Part shown: one piece after another, positions 1 to 10,371 of the stretch | Layout of the letters: each line of letters opens with the position of its first letter | How positions within the stretch are numbered: position 1 is the first letter of the stretch | Notes under the pieces: generated by a model | The model's input: only the letters and a program-made list of their open reading frames with translations | The model's database searches: none | What the model was told of the DNA's origin: nothing | Made by a program: the position numbers and the translations under genes | Source of the DNA: an uncultured Gammaproteobacteria bacterium | GTDB taxonomy: Bacteria; Patescibacteriota; Microgenomatia; Levybacterales; UBA12049 | Reading direction: 5' to 3' | DNA: 64,000 nt | Assembly: GCA_964424775.1 (NCBI GenBank) | Contig: CAYRJZ010000003.1 | Coordinates: 124,127-188,126, forward strand

Positions 1-652
1 CATGACAAATATTATTTTTATGCACAGTCTCAACAGCATCATAGGACGAAATTCTTCCATCTCTATCCCGCACTGTGACAACAGCTAATTCATTTGTAAA
101 CGAGACGAGCTCTTCATAATATACAGGAGTAGTTTCAAAGTCTTCATATGCTTTTTGGATATCACCTTCATCTCGTATAACCCTATTTCCCCTTCCATCG
201 AGTCCACCAAAACGTTGCTTAAGAACTCCCGGTCCTACCTCTTTCCATACATCGTGTATGTATCGCTTTTTATCAACGTCTGGTACAAAAACAAATCGTG
301 GAACAGGAAGACCAACTGATTGAAGTACTAATTTCTGCTTTGCTTTATCATGTATCCAGGAAATATCCTCAGGAAATGGGTGAACTTCCCTTCCACGTTG
401 TTGAAGTAATGCCAGTGCTTCAGTATTCACCCCATCCAACTCAACTGTCACCACATCACTTCGCTCTCCAAGAAGAAGTGTATGATGATAGTCAGTGTAG
501 CCTGCTTTAATATGATCTGCCCCTACCTGAACTGCAGGACCTTCAGGATTTGGTCCCATTGCTGTAAATGACACATTATATGGCTTTGCACCATCAATAA
601 GCATTCGAGCTAACTGTCCATCTCCTACTATGCCAATGCGTCTCTCACTCAT
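1..652 (-). CDS. purK: N5-carboxyaminoimidazole ribonucleotide synthase (PurK-like ATP-grasp), 3' end outside window
   Basis: Minus-strand ATG at 652..650. Translation MSERRIGIVGDGQLARMLIDGAKPYN... aligns with the PurK N-terminus (GxGQLGRML), the KxxxKQ and GGxDGRG motifs. Absent from the ORF track because it runs off the window edge. Confidence 0.6.
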   Translation of the reverse strand, partial: MSERRIGIVGDGQLARMLIDGAKPYNVSFTAMGPNPEGPAVQVGADHIKAGYTDYHHTLLLGERSDVVTVELDGVNTEALALLQQRGREVHPFPEDISWIHDKAKQKLVLQSVGLPVPRFVFVPDVDKKRYIHDVWKEVGPGVLKQRFGGLDGRGNRVIRDEGDIQKAYEDFETTPVYYEELVSFTNELAVVTVRDRDGRISSYDAVETVHKNNICH

Positions 653-691
653 GAGAGTGAAGATAGCTTATTTAGTTTGAATTTGCAATAT

Positions 692-1270
692 TTATTCTTT
701 ATAAACGACCAGTTTTGGCCAGAGTGAAAGCCAGTTTTTCTTCTCAATTCTTCTATAAAATTCATCAAGATTATTTTTAAAATATTCTGTTGGCCGAACT
801 CTTAATGACACTAAATCATCTATTCCATATGGTGCAATGATTTTTAAATTACTTGTTTGGTCTAATTTTATTCCTACACATGTGGCAGTTTCTACCCAGT
901 GAGACAGTGCATCTTCTGAAGACGAATAAGGTTCATCATTATGGAGTAAATGCATTCTCGCTTGATTCTTCACAGACCATTTAACAAGTGGCATAACATC
1001 TCTTAATTGTTTTTCATAGGTATCTTCCGATGATGTTGATTTCACATTCATCTCTCCGTCAGGAATATCATGCGGATCAAAATATATAACATCAACATCA
1101 TTAAGAGGTGTTGAAACATCTTTTGAGAGCAAGTAATCCCAAACAGCATTCCTCACAAATCCAGCACCTATCCACCAATCAGAAAGATGTAACTCCGCAA
1201 CAGTATTTAGTATCTGCATTCTAAAAACATCACGTTGAATTAATTCACAGATCCCTTTCTCATCAAGCAT
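692..1270 (-). CDS. nucleotidyltransferase family protein (NTP_transf_6/DUF925-like)
   Basis: Motif GAGFVRN...DVDVIYFD matches the pol-beta-type NTase signature (G[GA]xxRN ... DxD). Confidence 0.5.
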   Translation of the reverse strand: MLDEKGICELIQRDVFRMQILNTVAELHLSDWWIGAGFVRNAVWDYLLSKDVSTPLNDVDVIYFDPHDIPDGEMNVKSTSSEDTYEKQLRDVMPLVKWSVKNQARMHLLHNDEPYSSSEDALSHWVETATCVGIKLDQTSNLKIIAPYGIDDLVSLRVRPTEYFKNNLDEFYRRIEKKNWLSLWPKLVVYKE

Positions 1271-1328
1271 AAATGAAGTATAACACTTCGTTTACAAACA
1301 TCAGTGCTTCCCCCATAATAAGAGTAAT

Positions 1329-3530
1329 ATGTCCATATCTGCTATACTAACGTACTTTCGATCTCGTTATAAGATTGTGAGTGAAAATCCCCGTATGATA
1401 ACAACTATTATCAAAGAGTTATTTGTAACATTCAAAAAGCCGCTTCTTGTGGCATTCCTGGCAGGGATAGCACTTCTCATTATTATCCCTATACTCACCT
1501 ACCTCTTTTTTATTCGAGATCTTTCAAGCAAGGAAAATATTCTTTCACGTAAAAGTGCAGGAGTAATTCTTACTGATCGTAATGACAAACCTTTCTTTAC
1601 TTTCTATCAGGCCAAACAACAAAATAATGTCCCAATAGCTGAAATACCAGAGGAGATACAACAGGCAGTTGTTGCAGCAGAGGATCGGGATTTTTACAAA
1701 CACCAAGGATTTTCTATTGAAGGATTTGGACGCGCAATTCTCACCAATATTCGTGAAGAAGAATTGTCGCAAGGAGGCTCGACAATAACACAACAACTTG
1801 TTAAAAATACCCTTCTTAGTCAGGAAAAAAGCTTTTTTAGAAAGTATCAGGAACTTTTCTTAGCAATTGAAGTCGACAGACGATTTAGTAAAGAAGATAT
1901 TCTTGAAATGTATCTCAATACATCTTATTTTGGTGAAGGAGCATATGGAGTTCAGGATGCAGCAAAAATCTATTTCAGCAAAGAATCGTCTGAGCTAACT
2001 CTCGCAGAAAGTGCTCTCCTGACAGGTATTCTCCCCGCTCCCTCAGCGCTGTCTCCATTGAGTGGCAATAGAGAAAGAGCATTTGCTCGTCAACAACTCG
2101 TTCTCAAACTCATGAAAGACCAAGGATACATTACTGAAGAAGAACGAATGCAGGCAGAATCAGAAGAAATTGCTTTCAACCCAACAATTGAAGAAAGAAA
2201 TGTGAAGGCGCCTCATTTTGCTCTTATGGTAAAAGACGAACTGATTAAAAAATACGGAGAACAACGAGTCGCGAGATCTGGTTTTACTGTTAAAACAACA
2301 ATTAATCTTGAAGACCAAGAATATGCTGAGACAACTGTGGCCAATCAAGTCACTCGTCTCGCGCGAAATAAAGTAACAAATTCAGCTGCTGTAGCGCTTG
2401 ATCCAAAGACAGGTGAAATTCTGGCACTTGTGGGAAGTCATGACTGGTTTGACGAAGAAAACGGAAAAATAAACATGGCCATAAGGGCAAGACAGCCCGG
2501 TTCTTCATTCAAGCCTCTCGTCTATGCGAAAGCACTTGAGGACCGAATAATTACTCCTGCCACACAGCTAGAGGACAAGCCGGTTACCTATCCGGGTGGA
2601 TATAAACCAAAAAATTATGATGGGAAATTTAGAAATGAAGTACTTGTTCGTTTTGCGCTTGCTAACTCGCTCAACATACCTGTCCTTCACGTTCTTGAAC
2701 AAGTAGGAATACCTGATGTCCTTTCCTTTGCAGAACGTATGGGAATTACAACACTTAAAAGTCCTTCAAGTTATGGTCTTTCACTGGCATTGGGGGCAGC
2801 GGAAGTACCTCTAATTGAGATGACTTCAGCATTTGGGACATTTGCCAATAAGGGCAAACTCGTCAAACCAACATCAATTCTTGAGATCAAAGATAAAAGA
2901 GGGAAAATTATATTTACTCATGTTCCATCGGAACAGAATGCTCTCTCTGAAGAAGTTGCGTTTCAAATATCATCAATTCTTTCTGATAATGCAACAAGAG
3001 CTGAGGTCTTTGGAAATTCTCTCACTCTCTCACGCCCTGCTGCCGTAAAAACAGGTACAACTGAAGATTATCGTGATGCACTCACTATTGGGTACACACC
3101 AAGTCTTGTTGTAGGGGTGTGGGTTGGAAATAATGATAACTCTCCAATGGATAGTATTGCAGGTTCTTCTGGTGCTGCACCAATTTGGAGAAGTATTATG
3201 GAGAGACTGTTTGCAGGAACACCTGTAGAACGATTTAGACAGCCATCAGGTATTCTGACAACTCAAGTATGTCGTGAAAATGGATTACGCTCAGTTACTG
3301 CAACAAGTAGTGCGTATTCAGAATTCTTCCTTCCGGGAACTCTTCCTCGCAAAGCATGTAATGAAGCATCTCCAACCCCTGACATTTCAGAAACACCTAC
3401 CCCTACCGAGTCACCTGATGATACACCTACACCGACTCCAACAGCTCAAGTAGAACAACCAACGCCTACTCCAACGAGTACACCTACGCCAACACCTTCA
3501 TCTCCAATTGTGGTAACAATTGCTCCCTAA
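1329..3530 (+). CDS. class A penicillin-binding protein (bifunctional transglycosylase/transpeptidase, PBP1A) with C-terminal TP-rich tail
   Basis: N-terminal TM helix. GT51 motifs EDRDFYKHQG and GGSTITQQL. Transpeptidase motifs SSFKP (SxxK), SLN (SxN) and KTGT. C-terminal PTPTPT low-complexity linker at about 3360-3510. Confidence 0.9.
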   Translation: MSISAILTYFRSRYKIVSENPRMITTIIKELFVTFKKPLLVAFLAGIALLIIIPILTYLFFIRDLSSKENILSRKSAGVILTDRNDKPFFTFYQAKQQNNVPIAEIPEEIQQAVVAAEDRDFYKHQGFSIEGFGRAILTNIREEELSQGGSTITQQLVKNTLLSQEKSFFRKYQELFLAIEVDRRFSKEDILEMYLNTSYFGEGAYGVQDAAKIYFSKESSELTLAESALLTGILPAPSALSPLSGNRERAFARQQLVLKLMKDQGYITEEERMQAESEEIAFNPTIEERNVKAPHFALMVKDELIKKYGEQRVARSGFTVKTTINLEDQEYAETTVANQVTRLARNKVTNSAAVALDPKTGEILALVGSHDWFDEENGKINMAIRARQPGSSFKPLVYAKALEDRIITPATQLEDKPVTYPGGYKPKNYDGKFRNEVLVRFALANSLNIPVLHVLEQVGIPDVLSFAERMGITTLKSPSSYGLSLALGAAEVPLIEMTSAFGTFANKGKLVKPTSILEIKDKRGKIIFTHVPSEQNALSEEVAFQISSILSDNATRAEVFGNSLTLSRPAAVKTGTTEDYRDALTIGYTPSLVVGVWVGNNDNSPMDSIAGSSGAAPIWRSIMERLFAGTPVERFRQPSGILTTQVCRENGLRSVTATSSAYSEFFLPGTLPRKACNEASPTPDISETPTPTESPDDTPTPTPTAQVEQPTPTPTSTPTPTPSSPIVVTIAP

Positions 3531-4117
3531 TTATCTTCGACATAATATCGGATAGGATCCTTCTCTGGATCAAGGAGTTGATAAAGAAATGTAATCTCTT
3601 CATCTAAATGTCGGATACATCCAGAACTTCCTAAGTTCTCATCAGATAATTTTGATGAATCTCCCCCAGTGCCATGAAGACCAAATGCTCCTGGCAAAAT
3701 CCAGTTACATTGTTCACCGTTACATTCTGTATATGGTGAGGGTCCATATGGCTCCTCACTTGGAGCAGGGACATCAAGTGTTAAAAAATATGGTGAAGTC
3801 TCAGGATTGTCTGGAGAGGGTTCTTTCTTAATAATATTCCAGTACTCTCGACCAACGAGTTGTGGGAGTGGTGTCGGCCTCTCACCAGGGATACCAGTTT
3901 TTACTTTAAACTCACGAACGAGTTGAGATGACTCGCGATTACCAGGAACTCCATAAAGTAATTCTTCTCTATTTGATTTTCTATGGAGTACCATCCAGTA
4001 TTTTTCGCGTGTCGACGTCATTTCTGCCTTTTCGACGTTGTGGGAGCGAAGATAGAGAAATCCTGCAGTACCAACAATGAATAGAATACCTATAAGTAAA
4101 AGCTGTTTCAAAAACAT
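3527..4117 (-). CDS. L,D-transpeptidase (YkuD domain), membrane anchored
   Basis: N-terminal TM helix. Catalytic signature LHGTGG...SSGCIRH (H...S...GC[IV]R). Confidence 0.75.
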   Translation of the reverse strand: MFLKQLLLIGILFIVGTAGFLYLRSHNVEKAEMTSTREKYWMVLHRKSNREELLYGVPGNRESSQLVREFKVKTGIPGERPTPLPQLVGREYWNIIKKEPSPDNPETSPYFLTLDVPAPSEEPYGPSPYTECNGEQCNWILPGAFGLHGTGGDSSKLSDENLGSSGCIRHLDEEITFLYQLLDPEKDPIRYYVEDN

Positions 4118-4139
4118 GGAGCTATTGTATCACGGTACA

Positions 4140-4706
4140 TTATTTGGAGAGGTATGGATTTTTTATGAATGTTAATTCACTGAATGGATATACTCTCACT
4201 ACAGATTTCCCCACAACCTTTTTTTTATCAAGGACTCCCCACTCACGGCTATCAGAACTATGCGGCCTATTATCTCCCATCACAAGAATATATCCTTCTG
4301 GGACAGAAAGCTCTTGGCCTTCAATCATCGCTTGTCCTCCGCTTGTTCTCACTTCAGATCCAAGATATGCACTCTCATCAAGTCTCGTACCATTAAGATA
4401 GACTCCACCATCAAGGACCATGACATTATCTCCTGGAAGACCTATTACTCTCTTGATATATAACTTTTCTGCCTCGACAGGAGAATGAAAAACAACAACA
4501 TCTCCTCTTTTATAATTGTTTCTTTTGACATCAATAAGATAACTCAACAAAAACTCCTTATCTTTAAATGTCGGGAACATTGACTGACCGCTCACTTCAT
4601 GAGGCTGAATAACAAACGCATAAAGAACCATCAAAATAGAAGCTATAATAAGGAGAGTTTGAAACCCATCCAAAAAAAGTGTTCCAATTTTTTTGAGAAA
4701 TTCCAT
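4140..4706 (-). CDS. lepB: signal peptidase I
   Basis: N-terminal TM helix. Box B GQSMFPTF (catalytic Ser), box D KRVIGLPGD (catalytic Lys), box E GDNRPHSSDSREWG. Confidence 0.85.
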   Translation of the reverse strand: MEFLKKIGTLFLDGFQTLLIIASILMVLYAFVIQPHEVSGQSMFPTFKDKEFLLSYLIDVKRNNYKRGDVVVFHSPVEAEKLYIKRVIGLPGDNVMVLDGGVYLNGTRLDESAYLGSEVRTSGGQAMIEGQELSVPEGYILVMGDNRPHSSDSREWGVLDKKKVVGKSVVRVYPFSELTFIKNPYLSK

Positions 4707-4811
4707 ATATCTATTGTCTGAACAACCATCCGTTCTGTCAACTCACGTATTCTTACATGTTACCTACATTTTCCACTAGACGGCGAAATTATTTTCGTAT
4801 ATTATTTTCTA

Positions 4812-5498
4812 ATGTTCAGTTGCCACATCAAAACATATGGCAAACCTTCTGCCAAAAACATCATCATTTTCCCAGGAGTCGCATTTTCACAGAAATATGG
4901 AACATTTTTAGGATATCTCTTTGCCGCTTGTGGGTACCAAGCTCATGTAATTTACTACTCATCAAATATTTTTGGTACTCATCCAAAAGATATTCGTGAG
5001 AATATTATGCACGTTGTGCATAAAGCCGCTGAACATATCAAAAAAAATAAAAAGAAAAAAATGAGTTGGTATGTATTCGGTACTAGCCTCGGATCAGTTA
5101 TGGCTCTTAAGTTATCCAATGATTTGCCGAAAATCGAAAAGGCTATTATCAACCTTTGTCCATTAAGTCTTTCCTCATCAATCCTCAGTTGGAGTAACCC
5201 ATACAAAAAAATAAAAGATGCTTATTTTAAACACAAAGATATGAATAAAAAAATATTTTCTGAAATATCACCCATATCTCCGGACAATAATATTTCGCAT
5301 GTGAGCAAACAAGAGATTTTGTTTTATATGGCAAAAAACGATAAAATCTTCCCATTCGACGAAGCAAATAAACTTCTAAAAAAGATGGAAGAAAAAGGGA
5401 GTAAAGTGACTGCAGTCATCAATGATAGACACAATCATCAGGTAAGTGAAGCAATAAATATATTTAAGACAGAAACCTATCTTAATTTCCTGAAGTAG
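4812..5498 (+). CDS. putative alpha/beta-fold hydrolase
   Basis: Nucleophile elbow FGTSLGS (GxSxG) followed by Asp/His (NDRHNH) in alpha/beta-hydrolase order. No closer family recognised. Confidence 0.4.
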   Translation: MFSCHIKTYGKPSAKNIIIFPGVAFSQKYGTFLGYLFAACGYQAHVIYYSSNIFGTHPKDIRENIMHVVHKAAEHIKKNKKKKMSWYVFGTSLGSVMALKLSNDLPKIEKAIINLCPLSLSSSILSWSNPYKKIKDAYFKHKDMNKKIFSEISPISPDNNISHVSKQEILFYMAKNDKIFPFDEANKLLKKMEEKGSKVTAVINDRHNHQVSEAINIFKTETYLNFLK

Positions 5499-6588
5499 TC
5501 ACACTCATAACAGCCGACTTTGCTTCTTCGCTGTTAACGTTATAATAAAGAGCTTTTTCAAACTCCTCCTGTGCTTTTTGAAAACTCCCCTGTTCCCTAT
5601 AAACATATCCCCTTAACAAATACATCTCAGAATACGCAGTGTTACCTCTATTAAGAATATCTGTTGCAAGTGAGAGTACTTTCTCATACTGTTTTGATTT
5701 GAGATAAGCATCAAGTATTTCATATTGATACCACAACATGCGAGAAGGTAGCGCTGAGGACACTTTCTCATACTCATTTATACTTTTTTCATAATCTTCC
5801 AAGTAGTACAACGCCGTCGCTAAGTTGAAATGAGAGTATGAGTCAGCACTTCCAGTTGCAATTTCTCTTTCTGCATTTTCTTTCGCATTTTTCCATGCTA
5901 TTTTTTCATTAAATTCATCACCTAAAATTGCTTCCACTACGTCACTTTTCTCTTTTGGATAGACCAAGATATAGCCATAATTAAATGGTTTCCACATCTG
6001 ACGAAATGTCTCATATGAATACTCTAAATTTGGTCCCTCATACGAATCATCCTGAATGAAAACACCACGCGTATCATCAAATCCCCTTACGATTCGGAAA
6101 TGCCCAATATCTTCATCTGGATGAAGCCATGTCCTCACAACAACAGGAATATCATTTGCTACCAATTTTTTTAAAATGTCTTCATTTCCATTTGGCCGAC
6201 TGAGACTCTCAAAGCCGTACTTTTTCGCCGTCTCAACGAATTCATGTGCGAAAATAGATTTGTCATCAACTCCTCCAGCTGGATTGTTAAAAGGACGCAT
6301 GATACTTGCTAAGTCTTGTTGACTGACATCTTTACCCATCATGGACATCACCATTGATAAAGATGCTGGGCCACAATTATTAAAGGTTTGAGAGACAAAT
6401 CGAGACGTCCCCAACGTATACTGGGACGGCGGCATCTTATATTTAATTTGTGAAGTAGACGGTGTTACACTCTGTTGAGTTATTTTATTTTTATAAGTGT
6501 CTTCACTTCCACTAGACCGCGTTAAAAAGAATAAACTTCCTGTAACAAATACGACAATGAAACATAAAAGTAATATGAGGCGTTTCAT
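5482..6588 (-). CDS. membrane-anchored peptidase C39-like domain protein with C-terminal TPR-like repeats
   Basis: Start moved to MKRLILLL (ATG at 6588), which precedes a TM helix. CGPASLSMVMSMMGKD resembles the C39-like Cys region. The C-terminus has TPR-like helical repeats (AWKNAKENAE..., YLLRGYVYREQGSFQKAQEEFEKAL). Confidence 0.5.
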   Translation of the reverse strand: MKRLILLLCFIVVFVTGSLFFLTRSSGSEDTYKNKITQQSVTPSTSQIKYKMPPSQYTLGTSRFVSQTFNNCGPASLSMVMSMMGKDVSQQDLASIMRPFNNPAGGVDDKSIFAHEFVETAKKYGFESLSRPNGNEDILKKLVANDIPVVVRTWLHPDEDIGHFRIVRGFDDTRGVFIQDDSYEGPNLEYSYETFRQMWKPFNYGYILVYPKEKSDVVEAILGDEFNEKIAWKNAKENAEREIATGSADSYSHFNLATALYYLEDYEKSINEYEKVSSALPSRMLWYQYEILDAYLKSKQYEKVLSLATDILNRGNTAYSEMYLLRGYVYREQGSFQKAQEEFEKALYYNVNSEEAKSAVMSVTTSGN

Positions 6589-6631
6589 GAGTGCCCATTG
6601 TAGCACGTTGAGGGAAGATGAACAAAAGAGG

Positions 6632-6955
6632 TTATTGCCAGGTACCGTTCCCCATCTCCTCATCAGAGAGATAAGAGTCCACTTGCTGATTGATAATATT
6701 ATCTATTTGAGTCTGAGCATCTTGCCCTGTCTTGAGTTGATACTGTCTTTTTAATTCTTCATGTGCCTCAGTATCAGTTGTCTGGGCTTCAATTGCGGCA
6801 AATCCATCTTCACCAATAATATTTTTTGCACCAGCCATAAATTGTTCGAATGCTGCCTCACCGATATGAGCACACACTTCAGCAACCTGATCTTCTGAAT
6901 ATCCTTTATTCAGTAAATGTGTAATTAATTCTTTAACTTTTTGATTTGTATCCAT
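6632..6955 (-). CDS. hypothetical acidic protein
   Basis: 107-aa ORF in an operon-like position, same strand as neighbours. No recognisable motif. Confidence 0.35.
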   Translation of the reverse strand: MDTNQKVKELITHLLNKGYSEDQVAEVCAHIGEAAFEQFMAGAKNIIGEDGFAAIEAQTTDTEAHEELKRQYQLKTGQDAQTQIDNIINQQVDSYLSDEEMGNGTWQ

Positions 6956-6964
6956 AGTTACTTA

Positions 6965-9145
6965 TTAAAATATACCAAGAAATTTCTTTCTCTGTTGTAC
7001 AGGTGCCTGCACTTGCTGTTCTGCGGGTGGCTGTGTTGGAATACCTGCTGTACTCACATTTGATGCGATAGTATTTGTTGCTATAGGATTAACAGGATTT
7101 TCCTGAACTGAAGTCGCTGCTAATGGAGAAACTGGTTCATGTGATGTATTATCTCCTGCTCCACCTGCTGCAGATGCTAGGGCTCCCAGTGGTGATGAAA
7201 CTGCTGGCGAAGAGAGCGGTGCTGTGTTACTGACCATAGAAACAGGTGTTGATGTAGATTCATTCCTAACATTTTCAGTCGGAGCTGTTGATTCATTATC
7301 ATGTTCTTCCATATCTTTCTTTGTCTCTTCAATTTCATGAAGAAGAGTTGGGAATGATGCTGGATCTTCTTTATAACTATCTACGAGGTCGTGATAAACA
7401 TCTTTTCCATCTTGAGGAGTTGCAGGGACATAATATTCCTGTCCTTGTTCCACCATATCTGCTCCGTGTTGGGTAATTTCAAGGAGTTTGGCCTGAGCTT
7501 CTGCATCGCCACCATCTGCCTTTACGACTAACTGCATGTACTCATCAAGACTCGTTGGAAATCCTTCTTTCCCTTTCCAAGACTCCTGAAATTCTTCCCA
7601 ATTGTAAAGTACTATTCCCGTCATAATCTGAGGATCCTGATAATATTTCTCATTAAATTCTTCTGTTGGCATGTTATGCTCATCACTCATACTTTGACTA
7701 ATAGAGTCACCAGGCTTATCAATATCTACCTCTACCATATTTGCATCGGGAAGTTCAGACTCTTCTTCATTGTTTCCGGGAACTGCCGCATCAGGAATTG
7801 CATCCGTTGTATTTTCTGGCTGTGCTGGTGAGGTCTCTGATTGAGGAAGTCCACCTGGGGTTACTGGTTCAGATGGAGCAACTGGTTGAGATTCAGAAGC
7901 AGCACCCCCAGTAGGACCAGTTGAGACTGGATTGTTCTCAGGCAAATCATAGGGCGTATCTGCATCAGTTGATTGTGATGCAGGTGATTCAATTCCTTGT
8001 GGAGACAATGGTGATGTAGATGCTTCAACTCCGGGAGCCTTCGCACCTTCTTTCAAAAGAAGTGCTCCAAAAATTGCTGCTCCAATTGCCAAACCTACAC
8101 GAGTCTTCATCCCTCCAACTCGTTCTTTCGCTTTCTCACGACTTTTTTCAAGAATTCGCTGTACTTGTTCTTCAGTGACTGCTTTTTCTTGAGTTAAAGA
8201 AGGTACAGTCTCACTTGAAACGGAAGGTGTCTCACTAAGAGCATTGTTTTGCCCTAAACTAGTCCTGAACTGAGATATATCGTTTGCAGCAGCAGTTAAC
8301 TTATCAGTATGTGTTAATTCAGAAGCCTGTGCTGGCTGAGCTAATGCATTATTCTGACCTAGACTTTCTCGAAAAGCGGAAATATCATCGGCTGCAGCAG
8401 CCAATTTATCAGAATGCGTCGGTTCAACCGCATCAGTTGTTGATTGAATTGTTGTAGGCTGTGAGGAAACTGTTTCATTTAAAGCATTATTTTGACCTAG
8501 ACCAGCGCGAAATGCAGTAATATCTTCAGCTGCAGCTGCTAGTTTATCAGCATGAGATTGTTCTTGAGGCTGAGACGATTGATTTAATGCATTATTCTCA
8601 CCAAGTCCTACTCGAAATGCTTGAAGTGAATCTGCTGCATTTGCTAACTTTTGTGTGTACTCATCCTCAGTTGGCTTTGGTGTTTCAGGAGTTGGAGAAG
8701 GAGCAGCCGTCGTCATTGCTTCATTTTGAGTACTATCCTGTGCTGTTTGTTCTGAGAATCCTGATGACACAGGAATAGATGGTGTCATACGATCTAGCTG
8801 AAGAGGTGAAGACAATGTATCACTTATCTCTGTTGCAACTGGAGGGACTGTATTTTCCATCCCCTGCTGCACTTGTCTTTGGAAATTTTCTCTCCCAACA
8901 ATTGTATTAATATTTTCTGTTACGAGCTGGTCTTGTATTTTTTGTGCGCGAACATCATCGAGGTTGATAATATTTGAAGGAACATCAATTGTTGGAGAAG
9001 ACTCTGATGAAGGACCGAGAACTGAAAACCCTCTTTTCACTAACTCTGCCTGCAATTCATCATCTGAGAATTGATCAAGTTGAGATTTTGTCTCTGGTTT
9101 GGGAAATTCTGTAACTTGTGATGAAGGTAGTGCTGGCTCGGACAT
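6965..9145 (-). CDS. hypothetical single-pass membrane protein with four 36-aa tandem repeats and Ser/Thr/Pro-rich low-complexity regions
   Basis: 726 aa. Internal repeats H[AST]DKL[AT]AAAxDI[ST]xFRxxLGQNNAL occur four times. One predicted TM helix (GLAIGAAIFGALLL). Long acidic, S/T/P-rich segments. Confidence 0.6.
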   Translation of the reverse strand: MSEPALPSSQVTEFPKPETKSQLDQFSDDELQAELVKRGFSVLGPSSESSPTIDVPSNIINLDDVRAQKIQDQLVTENINTIVGRENFQRQVQQGMENTVPPVATEISDTLSSPLQLDRMTPSIPVSSGFSEQTAQDSTQNEAMTTAAPSPTPETPKPTEDEYTQKLANAADSLQAFRVGLGENNALNQSSQPQEQSHADKLAAAAEDITAFRAGLGQNNALNETVSSQPTTIQSTTDAVEPTHSDKLAAAADDISAFRESLGQNNALAQPAQASELTHTDKLTAAANDISQFRTSLGQNNALSETPSVSSETVPSLTQEKAVTEEQVQRILEKSREKAKERVGGMKTRVGLAIGAAIFGALLLKEGAKAPGVEASTSPLSPQGIESPASQSTDADTPYDLPENNPVSTGPTGGAASESQPVAPSEPVTPGGLPQSETSPAQPENTTDAIPDAAVPGNNEEESELPDANMVEVDIDKPGDSISQSMSDEHNMPTEEFNEKYYQDPQIMTGIVLYNWEEFQESWKGKEGFPTSLDEYMQLVVKADGGDAEAQAKLLEITQHGADMVEQGQEYYVPATPQDGKDVYHDLVDSYKEDPASFPTLLHEIEETKKDMEEHDNESTAPTENVRNESTSTPVSMVSNTAPLSSPAVSSPLGALASAAGGAGDNTSHEPVSPLAATSVQENPVNPIATNTIASNVSTAGIPTQPPAEQQVQAPVQQRKKFLGIF
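8218..8653 (-). repeat. 4 x ~108-bp tandem coding repeats (36-aa units) inside CDS 6965..9145
   Basis: The DNA shows four units beginning gcattrttytgmcctara...ctgcagc(a/t)gc, matching the repeated peptide units. Confidence 0.7.
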
Positions 9146-9205
9146 AGTTTACCTATCCATCATCATAAATTTCAACAAAAAAGTCAACACCGGATGAGAT
9201 AATTT

Positions 9206-10249
9206 TTACTTACCTTTGACGTACTTATCGAAGAATTCAACAGATCTTTGTGCAGCTATCCCAAAATTACTCGTAATGTCATGATCGTCACCTAGATACT
9301 CATAGTACTCAACAGTCTTTCCTGCATCCTTCATTTGTTTTTCTAATTTTTGCGAGAACTCAACAGGAACTGACTCATCCAGTGTGCCGTGATGCAGTTG
9401 AAGTGGGCCTGAAATATCATCTAAATAGAAATTAGCTGAAATAGATCTCCAGAAAGAAGATGATTCTGAGGGCTGGCCAAATTGTTCAACAAGTGTCTGT
9501 CTCCACCTCCTTGCCCCGCTTGGTAAAGGAGAAGGTGTGACTGTCGAATTTCCTCTCCTCCAGTTATTAACAAGATCTGGATATGATGCTACTACTCCTC
9601 CCCATATGACACCTGCTTTAATATCTTTATTCACGACCATTGAACGAAGTGTTATATATCCTCCCATTGAGTGTCCCCACATCCCTATTCTTTGAGGATC
9701 TGAGTCTTTATATTTTTTCATTGTTGAAAGAGCATTGAGGACATCTATGGTATAGCCATTATTCCCATACCCTCCAGTTGCTTGTCCTTCAGAATTCCCA
9801 TGGCCTCGATAATCAGGTCTGAAAAGAATATATCCATTTCGTGAAAATGCATCTGTATAAGCAATATACCGCTCTGTTGTCACATACTCACGAGGTGGAA
9901 TATATCCATGATTGAAGATTATAACAGGCCAACCTTTTGCTGGCTTTTCTCCCTGAGGAACAGTCAGAAGACCATAAATTTTCAGCCCATCTGACCTGTA
10001 TGAGGCAATATAACGATTGTAATTACTACCAGATGTTAATGTCTCTTCAATTACCAATTCACTTCCTGGTGTTTCTTCCTTTCGAAGACTTTCAATGCTC
10101 AATGGATTAACATTCTCAACAATTTTATCAACAATACTCTCTCCTTCATTCTCATCTGTCGTATTTTGGAGTGAACCATTTGTTCTCTGCCAGAAAAAAA
10201 TAGCAGCGAGTACCAACAGCAGAACAGCTAGCAACCCAATTTTTTTCAT
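9206..10249 (-). CDS. secreted alpha/beta hydrolase (peptidase S9 / dienelactone-hydrolase-like)
   Basis: Signal peptide or TM helix MKKIGLLAVLLLVLAAIFF. Nucleophile elbow WGHSMGG. Downstream Asp/His residues consistent with an S9-type triad. Confidence 0.7.
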   Translation of the reverse strand: MKKIGLLAVLLLVLAAIFFWQRTNGSLQNTTDENEGESIVDKIVENVNPLSIESLRKEETPGSELVIEETLTSGSNYNRYIASYRSDGLKIYGLLTVPQGEKPAKGWPVIIFNHGYIPPREYVTTERYIAYTDAFSRNGYILFRPDYRGHGNSEGQATGGYGNNGYTIDVLNALSTMKKYKDSDPQRIGMWGHSMGGYITLRSMVVNKDIKAGVIWGGVVASYPDLVNNWRRGNSTVTPSPLPSGARRWRQTLVEQFGQPSESSSFWRSISANFYLDDISGPLQLHHGTLDESVPVEFSQKLEKQMKDAGKTVEYYEYLGDDHDITSNFGIAAQRSVEFFDKYVKGK

Positions 10250-10311
10250 GAGGCTATCCTATCAATGGGTATAAAAAATGTAAAGTAGTTACAAAGAAGG
10301 AAGTGGTGAGT

Positions 10312-10341
10312 GGGAGCGCGGACCTCCTAGGCCGCGCTCCC
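10312..10341. terminator. perfect 10-bp GC hairpin GGGAGCGCGG-N10-CCGCGCTCCC (loop contains CCTAGG) immediately 3' of the transporter gene
   Basis: Seen directly in the sequence. Lies 30 bp downstream of the stop of the 10372..11733 minus-strand gene. There is no clean U-run, so a terminator role is uncertain. Confidence 0.4.
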
Positions 10342-10371
10342 ATCACATTACCGCCAACAGCGGTGATCAGA

